Source of the DNA: Paramoeba atlantica
Lineage: Eukaryota > Protista > Discosea
Assembly (NCBI GenBank): GCA_977017575.1
Contig: CDRNVI010000007.1
Location: 248,001 to 312,000 of the forward strand
Direction of reading: 5' to 3'
DNA length: 64,000 bases
In this document: piece after piece, positions 1 to 9,191 of the stretch
Layout of the letters: each line of letters opens with the position of its first letter
How positions within the stretch are numbered: the first letter of the stretch is position 1
The notes under the pieces: generated by a model
Databases searched by the model: none
What the model saw: only the letters and a program-made list of their open reading frames with translations
What the model was told of the DNA's origin: nothing
Program-made: the position numbers and the translations under genes

Positions 1-1
1 C

Positions 2-1480
2 CTCTCCCCCTTCTTCTTCTCCTTCTTCTTCTTCTTCTCCCCCCACCCCTCCCCTCCCCCCCTCCCCCCCTGCCACGCCCTCGACAGCCCCCCGGACCCC
101 TGGATCGCCCAGCCCTCCCCGTTCCGCGCCGACACCCTCTCCCCGAGCTTCGTGGCCTACCGCAGCGGGGGCCGGCGCCAGACGCCGCTGCCGGTGATCC
201 GGTCCCACCGGCACCCCCCGGCCCCCCCGGGGCTCCACGGGGGCCCCCCCGAGGGGGCCGGGACCCTCGAGGAGTCCTACGTCCCCGCGGCCCCCCTGGA
301 GCGGCACTACGTGTTCGCGCTGGAGGGGGGCGCCGGGGCCGCGGGGGGGCTGCCGGGGCTGCGCGGGGAGGGCTCCAAGCCCCCGTGGGTGTGTGCCGCG
401 ACCCCGGAGTACCGGATCTGCCCCGAGGGGGGGCCGATGGGGTCGTTTTATGCGTTTGAGCGCCCGGGGAGGTATGGTGAAGGGGGGGAGAGGGGGGGTG
501 AAAAGGCAAGGGCGTGGCCAGGGGAGGTGCGTAGGTATGTGGAGGAAGTGGGGAAATATCGGGAGAGGCGTGGTGGGGGGGAGTTGGTAAAGGAGGATGA
601 GGGGTGGAGCTCAGGGTATGGGTTTTCGTTGTTGAATGCGTTGGGTAAGAGGGAAGAAATAGAGCCATTAGACGATAGTAGAGAGAAAGATCTTCCCGAG
701 GTACCGAAAGGTCGGGTAGCACAAGTTGATACGAAGGCGTGTGTGTTGCACCTGCGACATCATGGATACGCAACCCCCCTTAAGTATCCCAGGTTACAGA
801 ACGAGGTGGTAACTCAGTTTCTGGCTCGCAGAAAGCCTCACTTGCTTCAAAACGCGGAGAAATACGGGTACGACTCCTGGGACGAATGGTTGTCGCTGAC
901 TGCACGTGATCAGGATTACAATGCGCAATACTCACAATTGGTTCCTAATGATAATTACGAGAGTGATAAACTTTTGGAGGAGATGACTCAACTCAGAATG
1001 TACTATGGAGATGCGGTAGTGCGCGATGCGAGCAAGTTCGAAATTCACGCTGGTGGTTACCTTTCTATGCCGTTTGATGAGTCCGAATTCACAGATTCTG
1101 ACATGAATGAGGTAGGGCGTTTACTTGACGAATATGGCGGTAATGGAATATTGCTTCCTTGTGTGCCCTCCTATACTCGCAAAATGAAAATGCGTCACGC
1201 AAGGGCAAAGAACCCAGGTGTGATTGTCTCTTCTTCAAACCAACCTTTGCGAGAAACACAACATTCTGCAAGTTTTGAGCTTGCTTTTGGTTCTTACGAA
1301 AGCAGCTATGAACATTTGCTCGATGAAGTTGAGATGTGCCAACCAGCTTTTTACGAAATCGTCGATAGGATGCAGGAGCGAAAATTTGGAACAAGGAACG
1401 GAGCTGACCAAAAGAAGAGTATTCGAGAAATACTTCGTACAGGAGTTTGGTGTCCATGTCATGATTCTAGGAGTGAGTAA
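2..1480 (+). CDS. Hypothetical protein, 5'-truncated by window edge; hydrophobic Phe-rich N-terminal stretch
   Basis: Frame of the 152..1480 ORF is open back to base 2 (LSPFFFSFFFFFSPHPSPPPLPPCHALDSPPDPW...). The track's GTG start is therefore probably not the true start. C-terminus ends ...GVWCPCHDSRSE. No family recognised. Confidence 0.7.
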   Translation, partial: LSPFFFSFFFFFSPHPSPPPLPPCHALDSPPDPWIAQPSPFRADTLSPSFVAYRSGGRRQTPLPVIRSHRHPPAPPGLHGGPPEGAGTLEESYVPAAPLERHYVFALEGGAGAAGGLPGLRGEGSKPPWVCAATPEYRICPEGGPMGSFYAFERPGRYGEGGERGGEKARAWPGEVRRYVEEVGKYRERRGGGELVKEDEGWSSGYGFSLLNALGKREEIEPLDDSREKDLPEVPKGRVAQVDTKACVLHLRHHGYATPLKYPRLQNEVVTQFLARRKPHLLQNAEKYGYDSWDEWLSLTARDQDYNAQYSQLVPNDNYESDKLLEEMTQLRMYYGDAVVRDASKFEIHAGGYLSMPFDESEFTDSDMNEVGRLLDEYGGNGILLPCVPSYTRKMKMRHARAKNPGVIVSSSNQPLRETQHSASFELAFGSYESSYEHLLDEVEMCQPAFYEIVDRMQERKFGTRNGADQKKSIREILRTGVWCPCHDSRSE

Positions 1481-2243
1481 ACTACGTGTCCTTACGCATA
1501 ATCGATATGGGCAGTACGCATGACCATGATGTAGTATAGTATGGCCATGATTACATACACAAGTATCTGATGGGCAATGTGTCGGGGGTACGTATTGCGA
1601 GCTTCCACGTGTGGGTACGTCCGTATCTTATTTCACGGATTTCTTGCACTCATTTTTGTACATAGGATACTATTCGATGTCGTTTTTCGCAGTCGACTCA
1701 CTGTAGCATAAAATATGCACCGTACTTCAGCTGCACTGGACTTTAATGATCAAGCATACTCTTTTTTCCTCACTGAGGAATTCTACGACAACTAGTCGAA
1801 CGTTTCCGCGTCAACCCCAAGTGAAGGTTTACTGTATAGAAGTAAGAATCGGTAGAACAGTTCATAAAAGTTTTGTGGTAAAACTTATTTGAGTTCTTGC
1901 TGATTTCTCAAGTAGAATGAAGCAGATGATAAATATTGTATGCTTTCGTGCGACTTCTTGAGCGTACCTAATGTACGCCCTTTTGTGAGATGTGAATTAA
2001 TTCAAATTGAATGATTCAGTGGATGTTCATTGGGCTGACTGAAAACTTTACTGAAATTGTCAAATAGCAACAAATTTCCTCATCTCCCTTTCACATCGAA
2101 TTCTTTTTCCGAATCGATTCGTAAATTTTGAACGCTATCTGCGCAACTGTGATTCTGCATTACATCGTATACTGTGTAATAAAAATTTACACATTTGTAT
2201 TACTATAAAGGTAAGATAATACCCAACAAAAAAATAAAATCGT

Positions 2244-2852
2244 ATGTATTCCTCCAAGAATTTCTTAATGTTTGGTCACATTGCATCATCGGACCCGCAA
2301 CGTCGCTCTAAAGTTCGACTTGCGAAAGTGAGCGGAACATTTCTACCTGCAGAGTATAATTTAATACGACTCATTGAAACTGTCGAAAATTGTCATCCTA
2401 CCTGGAGCACGAATACACCCGCCTGCGAGTGGAATGGAATAGCGTGTGATAAAAAAGGTTCCTTGGAGAAAATTTTCTGGTTCGATGATAACTTGTATGG
2501 AGTACTAAACTGGAGGTATTTGCCTTTGGGATTAAGACATTTGAATGTTGCCGAAAATCTACTTTGTGGTGATGTACTTTTTGACTGTTTGCCTGTAGCC
2601 TTGGTTTCGCTCTATTTGTCTGCAAATCGTTTCAGCGGAACTCCCTGCCTTTCTCACCTACATGAACTGCGCACGGTTGATTTGAGTCAAAACGAATTTG
2701 TGGGGTGGGTCGATTTTAATGCAATTCCATCGTCCGTGAGTCTTCTTTACTTAAGTGGAAACTTGGGACTCAAAGGCACACTAAACTTAGAACTCTTCGG
2801 TGAGGATTTGATATATGATATTAGCGAAACACAAATTGAAACAACTTTTTAG
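2244..2852 (+). CDS. Leucine-rich repeat protein with plant-RLK-like N-cap (short member)
   Basis: Cap motif PACEWNGIACDKKG followed by LPxxLxxLxLxxNxLxG repeats (LPLGLRHLNVAENLLCG, LPVALVSLYLSANRFSG). Confidence 0.85.
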   Translation: MYSSKNFLMFGHIASSDPQRRSKVRLAKVSGTFLPAEYNLIRLIETVENCHPTWSTNTPACEWNGIACDKKGSLEKIFWFDDNLYGVLNWRYLPLGLRHLNVAENLLCGDVLFDCLPVALVSLYLSANRFSGTPCLSHLHELRTVDLSQNEFVGWVDFNAIPSSVSLLYLSGNLGLKGTLNLELFGEDLIYDISETQIETTF

Positions 2853-2985
2853 TATATTCTCCTGGAATGAAGCACGAACGTTCTTTGAAAGAGGCGTCGT
2901 AGCCTCGACCAGATGGGCTTGCCCTTTAAAGTGTCGAATCATCTAGACTTTTCAGGTATTCTCGTGATTTTCAAGGCTAGATAAA

Positions 2986-3030
2986 ATGTTCAAGGATAAT
3001 ATGTTCAAAGATAATATGTTCAAGGATACC
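2986..3030. repeat. Tandem repeat, 3 x 15 bp (atgttcaa[g/a]gataat)
   Basis: atgttcaaggataat / atgttcaaagataat / atgttcaaggatacc read directly. Confidence 0.8.
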
Positions 3031-3313
3031 TCAAGGTGGGACGGAAGCTCCGTAACGGAATTATCAGTTCCTGCTGTATATTATCGTGAACAATTCCCTT
3101 TAACGTGCTAGTACTTGGATTCGTGCGGTTTCTTCTGGTTTGAAGTGCTCTGGATTGGGGGGTAAGAATTTAGTTTTCCCCCATAAGATAAAACGGCGTA
3201 CTTGTATGTCGATAGCTAGTCCAGCGAAATCGGATTTTTCTTTTTCTAGAATTTCGATAGGATATCCACATTAAAATTATTATATTGTTGTTTATTGATT
3301 TATTTATTGTTGT

Positions 3314-4410
3314 TTGGTTGAACGAACCTTGTGACACAATGAGAAAAATACAGCACTATTCTACACTATTTATCTTGTTTTACAATATTCTGAATCTTTT
3401 CATAGTCAATAGATATTTTCGCACTCCATGAACATGTGCGGTGGAGCACGTAGAATAGCTACTGCAGAATCCGTGGTGCAAAAGAAAGCGCAAAGAGTTA
3501 GCAAAGTAAATTTGCCCGCAGACTTGTTATTAGTTCAGTTTCTTTCCAACATCGAAAATCCGCATTCTACATGGAAAGAGAAATTTCCTGTATCTTCTTG
3601 GGCAGGGGTTAGATGCAATGCAAATGGTCAAGTTGTTAGCATTTCGTGGAGTCGATATGGAATCCGTGGAAAGGTATCATGGTTTAGTCTTCCTTCGAGT
3701 GTGCAGAAAATCTTTTTGAACGACAACAAATTGTCTGGTACCGTTCTCCCCGCGGAGTTTCCGCCCGAGCTTCGAGTACTCAATGTGTCGCTCAATCAAT
3801 TTGGAAACACCTTAGATTTGGATGAGCTACCTTTGCATATGGAAGATTTGCATGGCCACCAAAATTACATGATTGGCCCCATTCATCTTTCCGGCCTACC
3901 CTGTACTCTTGTATCTCTCATACTTTCGAATAACAAATTTAGTGGCGAGGTGGAACTTCGATATTTACCCCAATCTCTTCGAATAATTCTTCTTCATTCC
4001 AACAAGCTAACTGGAAATATTGAATTGGGCTCTCTCCCGGAGGCGATAACCAATATTTCTCTTAATAAAAATCGCCTGACAGGGTGCATTTGCTTAAAAG
4101 CTCTTCCGCTGAGCTTGAAGTATCTCACCTTGCAAGATAATAAATTTACTGACTTTTCACATTTGGACTGCCTGCCCCCTGCATTGAAAGAACTTAAGCT
4201 AGGGTTAAATTGTTTTTCGAAGGATTTACTTGAAACCTTACCATCAGAATACAAATGAAAAAAATGAAAAAGTTTGAAGTAGGAAGATACCTTCTCAAGA
4301 ATATGATGAAGTCGTTTATACACCCTTGATACACCATGTAAGGAATTTAATTTTTTTGAAAACATTTTTTTAAACAGTACACGGATAATTTACCCCACTT
4401 TTCTGTATTT
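3314..4410 (+). repeat. Segmental duplication unit A (LRR gene plus flanks); paralogous to 5674-6654 joined to 8933-9055
   Basis: ttggttgaacgaaccttgtgacacaatgag starts at both 3314 and 5674 (offset 2360, same as the two CDS starts). The 3' flank 4290-4410 resembles 8936-9055. Confidence 0.9.
3428..4258 (+). CDS. Leucine-rich repeat protein (276 aa), tandem copy A
   Basis: IENPHSTW...SSWAGVRCNANG cap and about 8 LRRs of ~22 aa (LPxxLxxLxLxxNxFxGxxxL). Confidence 0.9.
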   Translation: MNMCGGARRIATAESVVQKKAQRVSKVNLPADLLLVQFLSNIENPHSTWKEKFPVSSWAGVRCNANGQVVSISWSRYGIRGKVSWFSLPSSVQKIFLNDNKLSGTVLPAEFPPELRVLNVSLNQFGNTLDLDELPLHMEDLHGHQNYMIGPIHLSGLPCTLVSLILSNNKFSGEVELRYLPQSLRIILLHSNKLTGNIELGSLPEAITNISLNKNRLTGCICLKALPLSLKYLTLQDNKFTDFSHLDCLPPALKELKLGLNCFSKDLLETLPSEYK

Positions 4411-4597
4411 TGTTAGTAATTTTTTGTATACCGTTACCCCCCATTAGATATCCTAGTACCCCACTTACCCGCTTTTGTGATGAAACCTCTGGGTCACGAG
4501 AGCACAAGTGGCATACTAGTTTACAGAGAATCTTTTCAGAATCTTTTATTTAAAAAACTCAATAGTAAAGTTTTTAGCTTAAAAACTCTTAAAAATT

Positions 4598-4990
4598 TCA
4601 AGTGTTGTGCACAGTTGTACCTCGTTCGATACGCTGTGTTAGCTCGGTAATAGTTTTATCGCTTAATGGCAATTCCTCTGCAAGTGCCTTGCGAGTAGTC
4701 CCGCGTACCATGGACAGCACAACGTAGAACCCCTTTGCGTTCGCAGGCATGTTATCCTTCGTTCCTAGTTGAGATACAGAAGAAAGTTTAGCGTAGTTCT
4801 TGAGATATGGACCTAGGGCAGGAACACGCTTCTAGCACCTAGATGGGCATTTCAACATGCCAGCTTTAAGGTCTAGTACCATAACTACTTCCTTGCGTTT
4901 GGGACAGACATGATTATTATAGACTACTCGATGTGTTATCAACTAAGCAGCTACAACGGCTTCATTGAAGGCATCTAAACCAAGAACAGT
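4598..4990 (-). pseudogene. Decayed transposase N-terminus, Merlin/ISXO2 (IS1595)-like
   Basis: One reading frame with two internal TAGs: ...AA*LITHRVVYNNHVCPKRKEVVMVLDLKAGMLKCPSRC*KRVP...VLSMVRGTTRKALAEELPLSDKTITELTQRIER. This gives a Zn-ribbon-like CPK..C..C and an HTH-like segment, as in Merlin transposase N-termini. Recognition is by motif memory only. Confidence 0.45.
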
Positions 4991-5253
4991 GCAGAGAACT
5001 GAACACAGAAAAAGTTCTCACACGCAGAACAGTTGAAATCCATGTGAAAATTTTTGGTAAAGTGAATCAATATGGTGTATTACTGAGCCAATGTGGCGAC
5101 GTAATGGTGACGTAATTTATAATGAAAATATGTTCTCTGATACGCTTAATATGGTTATAACTCTGTAAATAACGTAAAAACGTATCGGAACCATTTTCGA
5201 AAAAATCATTTTTTCGTCAAATCATTATCCCTACGGCCCGGGACACAGTAATA

Positions 5254-5507
5254 AACCCCGTACCGTTTTAAAGTACCTGTAGCTCGCTATTGTACCGGGG
5301 GGGTACAATAAGTGGGAACGCTTGGTTTTATTGTACCCCCCCCTGCGCAAAAGAGGGCGCCGCGATGCGGGGCCTATTTTTATTTTTCACTATTTTCGTT
5401 AATTTTCGGAATTTTTATTGTACCTGTAGCTACGTACACTATACTTTTGTATTGTACCTGTGGCTAGTTATTGTACCGGGTGGGGTACATTAACCCGGAC
5501 GGGGGTT
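5254..5507. mobile_element. MITE-like element, TA-flanked, imperfect TIRs
   Basis: TA|AACCCCGTACCG ... CCGGACGGGGGTT|TA. Internal direct repeats of (t)tgtacctgt(a/g)gct and G-loop hairpins tattgtaccgggggggtacaata. Same architecture as 41295-41726. Confidence 0.65.
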
Positions 5508-5787
5508 TATAATAAAGGAAAAAAAAGAAAAATATACCGTGGTGTTCAGCCTCTTTTACCCCTCCTCTGCAGGTCTTGTATTTTGTCCGATTTTGGAAAT
5601 ATTTGGTATAACACCGTTCTTCGACCCAATCGTTCCGAATATGAGGTCCTTTTCACTCGAGCGCCTCCCTACCTTGGTTGAACGAACCTTGTGACACAAT
5701 GAGAAAAATACAGCACTATTCTACACTATTTATCTTGCTTTACAATATTCTGAATCTTTTCATAGTCAATAGATAATTTCACACTCC

Positions 5788-6618
5788 ATGAACATGTGCG
5801 GTGGAGTACGTAGAATAGCTACTTCAGAATCCGTGGTGCAAAGGAAAGCGCAGAGAGTTAGCAAAGTAAATTTGCCCGCAGACTTGTTATTAGTCCAGTT
5901 TCTTTCCAACATCGAAAATCCGCATTCTACATGGAAAGAGAATTTTCCTGTATCTTCTTGGGCAGGGGTTAGATGCAATGCAAATGGTCAAGTTGTTAGC
6001 ATGTGGTGGAGTCGATATGGAATCCGTGGAAAGGTATCATGGTTTAGTCTTCCTTCGAGTGTGCAGAAAATCTTTTTGAACGACAATAAATTGTCTGGTA
6101 CCGTTCTCCCCGCGGAGTTTCCGCCCAATCTTCGACTTCTCAATGTGTCGCTCAATCAATTTGGAAACACCTTAGATTTGGATGAGCTACCTTTGCATAT
6201 GGAAGATTTGTATGGGTATCAAAATTACATGACTGGCCCCATTCATCTTTCCGGCCTACCCTGTACTCTTGTATCTCTCATACTTTCGAATAACAAATTT
6301 AGTGGCGAGGTGGAACTTCGATATTTACCCCAATCTCTTGAAATCATTGATTTTCATTCCAACGAGCTAACTGGAAATATTGAATTGGGCTCTCTCCCGG
6401 AGGCGATCATCAATATTTCTCTTCAAGAAAATCGCCTGACAGGGTGCATTTGCTTAAAAGCTCTTCCGCTGAGCTTGAAGTATCTCACCTTGCAAGATAA
6501 TAAATTTACTGACTTTTCGCATTTGGACTGCCTACCCCCTGCATTGAAAGAACTTAAGCTAGGGTTAAATTGTTTTTCGAAGGATTTACTTGAAACCCTA
6601 CCATCAGAATACAAATAA
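5788..6618 (+). CDS. Leucine-rich repeat protein (276 aa), tandem copy B
   Basis: Same length as 3428..4258, with 18 amino-acid differences by manual alignment. Confidence 0.9.
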   Translation: MNMCGGVRRIATSESVVQRKAQRVSKVNLPADLLLVQFLSNIENPHSTWKENFPVSSWAGVRCNANGQVVSMWWSRYGIRGKVSWFSLPSSVQKIFLNDNKLSGTVLPAEFPPNLRLLNVSLNQFGNTLDLDELPLHMEDLYGYQNYMTGPIHLSGLPCTLVSLILSNNKFSGEVELRYLPQSLEIIDFHSNELTGNIELGSLPEAIINISLQENRLTGCICLKALPLSLKYLTLQDNKFTDFSHLDCLPPALKELKLGLNCFSKDLLETLPSEYK

Positions 6619-7982
6619 AAAGAATGAAAATGAGTGAGGTTGGAAAATATTTTCCAGAGGTCCGTAAAATCACAAAAACTATTTTATAGTACTATTATAG
6701 TACTATAAACTTTGAAATACTATACAGGTGTATATTAAAACTATACACTGTATGTCTTTACTATTTTTCTTAGTAAGTTTTTTCTGAAAGTATTGCTTCA
6801 AATGCCGACTCGACGCAATTTCTTTTTGTCACTATGTTTCTCATCACTATGCCCAACAAGCGTCGTGGTCAAGCTCAAATCCTTTTTTCACACTTCGTTG
6901 AAATCGATGGGGAAGTCGACCTACTTTAATTTCAGATGTGTTCCAGCCCAGACGCCTTGTCTTCTTAGGTCGCTTTTCCTGCCGAAGTATAATGTGTAAA
7001 TGTGAAATAGGGGGTAAGTGATTCTTCAAATTTCTTCAAAAGATTATGAATTTTGCAGATATTGAATCTTGCAGGCTCTGCGATGTGTTTTTATGTTTTA
7101 CCTTGCCATTGAATACGCCACGTCTAGGATCCAACGAGTGATCTAAAAGGAACTCGTTGAAGGACAACTGTAATGCGGTTTGCACGGTACAAGGAAAGAG
7201 CATTATGGGAAGAACTTGTTGTGAGCTATAGGATCCCGTCTTTTTCCATTTCTGCACACAAACTACAACCTTTTTCTCTTTTTCCTACGCGTCAGCGTAA
7301 CCACACCACTTGCTCCACCTGACATCACGTGACCCCTCTAAGCCTCTACACCTCCATCGGCTCTCTCCTGCCCCGCGAAATTCCTTCAGGTCCATCGACC
7401 GATCTGTCTACCGCGCGCCTTTCTGGACATGAAACACTGATAAACACCATACACTCAACACAATTATTTGTGTAACAAAAAACAGGAAAACAAAAATTTG
7501 TGAATTTTTTATTGTGCAACATTTTTAAAAATGGAAATTTCATTTTAATTTTTTTGCCAAAATTCTAAAATCAAAACTTTTTTTAACCTAAAAGAGGGCC
7601 CGCTTTAGAATACCTGTGAGCTCGGGGGCATGGTATCGTGACCGAGGGCCAATAGCATACCCCCCCATGGTTTTTAGCAGTTCCCCCTGGTTTTCTTTAG
7701 CAGTTCTGAATGATTGTGCCTAAATCCTTTTTTATTTGTGTTTAACTTTCTTTTCAAACGCAAATATTTTATTAATACTTACCACGCGTCCGAATATACA
7801 CACACATTACATTACTATTCACACCGAATTGCCTTCCATTACTATTCCAAATCTATCTGTGAATAGTGTGGCTTACCAGCGACCGTCCGGAGCAACCCGG
7901 AATGATTTGTATTGGATTGGATTTATCCATACCGCCTACATTTTCCTCAACAAAAAAAATTCTACACTAATATTTGTGCAAC

Positions 7983-8050
7983 AAAAATTGGTGAATTTTT
8001 TATTGTGCAACAATTTCAAAAGTTGCACAACAAAAAGTTCACAAATTTTT
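7983..8050. repeat. Imperfect 29-bp-arm palindrome; one arm also copied at 7492-7520
   Basis: aaaaattggtgaattttttattgtgcaac - 10 nt - gttgcacaacaaaaagttcacaaattttt (3 mismatches). The 7492-7520 copy is inverted relative to 8022-8050 and may be the TIR of a further nested element. Confidence 0.7.
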
Positions 8051-8081
8051 GCGAACACTGTATAGTTTTTATAGTACTATA

Positions 8082-8839
8082 CAGGGGGGATCACCAATAT
8101 CGGGACACCTCCCATTTTTGGGCCGTGGGTCCGTTTCACCTGATTTTTGTTGCAAAAGAGAGATCTCGACGCGAATATGATTGGAACGACATTTTGCGCC
8201 TATTTAAACACACTTGTAAAATATGGTATAAAAAAATAAAAAAAATCTCCAAAAAATATGCAAATTTATGTAAAAATTGTGCAAATCCCGTTAAAATTGT
8301 CTATTAAAGGATACAATTCTCTTTTATTAAGTTCCAAATGGGAAAACGACATAGATTAAACTTCCGTCATGTATCCCCCGAGCATGCATCCTACGGCACA
8401 CGGATTGTGAGCGCGCACGAAGTGCATCAAGGCAAGTCTATGAGGGAAACAGCATGTATGATGAATTGCGGAAAGAGCAATGTTATATACCCAAGGCTAT
8501 TGAATATCTCCTAACCGAAAAGCGGGATATCCTAGAGAAGACTCTGAAGAGCCTCCCAAAACGGTTAGAAGAGTTACGAAAGTGTAACGGAGGGGTTATT
8601 TCATACTAAATAACTTTTTCAACGCTTTTTAAGACATTTTTATCCACATTTTCAAATGTGCAAATTTTGAAAAAAATCGTTTTTGTCGTACACACCCTAC
8701 TTTTTATGTGTGTTTAAATAGGCGCAAAATGTCGTTCCGATCATATTCGCGTCGAGATCTCTCTTTTGCAACAAAAATCAGGTGAAACGGACCCACGGCC
8801 CAAAAATGACGGGTGTCCCAATATTGGTGATCCCCCCTG
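8082..8839 (+). mobile_element. Internally deleted Tc1/mariner transposon with 132-bp TIRs and TA TSD, nested in the hAT-like element
   Basis: TA|CAGGGGGGATCACCAATAT... (8082-8213) and its reverse complement (8708-8839)|TA, about 5 mismatches in 132 bp. Contains transposase N- and C-terminal remnants. Confidence 0.9.
8338..8609 (+). pseudogene. Tc1-type transposase remnant (N-terminal HTH joined out of frame to C-terminal tail; DDE domain deleted)
   Basis: MGKRHRLNFRHVSPEHASYGTRIVSAHEVHQGKSMRETACMMNCGKSNVI, then in a shifted frame EKTLKSLPKRLEELRKCNGGVISY*, which matches the Tc1 C-terminal LxxSMPxRLxxVxxxxGGxxxY pattern. Confidence 0.75.
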
Positions 8840-9191
8840 TATAGTGTTTATAGTACTATAAACGAGGTTTATAGTACTATAAATTTTCTTGAATCACTAT
8901 AAACTATCTATAAATAGTTTTAGGGACCTCTGATATTTTCTCAAGAATAAGATGAACTTGTTTATACACCTTTGACACACCATGTAAGAATTTGACGTTT
9001 AAAATCTTTTTTCTAAGCAGTACACGGATGATACCCCCCACTTTTCTCTATTTTACGTCTTGCCTAGATTTAAGACAGGAGACAATAAGAAGGGGGGCAG
9101 CACGTGTGTTCTGTAACAAGTTTTTCTTTACGAAACATTAAGGGTCTTTTGCAATAGAAATTATTAGAACAGTTCTAAAATATTTAATTTA

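Larger units (their letters stand above)
6655..8932. mobile_element. Non-autonomous hAT-like DNA transposon (2278 bp) with 15-bp TIRs and exact 8-bp TSD
   Basis: TSD atattttc at 6647-6654 and 8933-8940. TIRs cagaggtccgtaaaa (6655-6669) and ttttagggacctctg (8918-8932) match 14/15. Subterminal tatagtactata palindromes at both ends. The uninterrupted site is visible in the paralogous flank near 4285-4300. Confidence 0.85.

Noticed and set aside
3155-4445. tggggggtaa / ttacccccca inverted 10-mers flanking LRR copy A as TIRs of an LRR-carrying element
   Set aside because: The match is short, low-complexity and has no target-site duplication.
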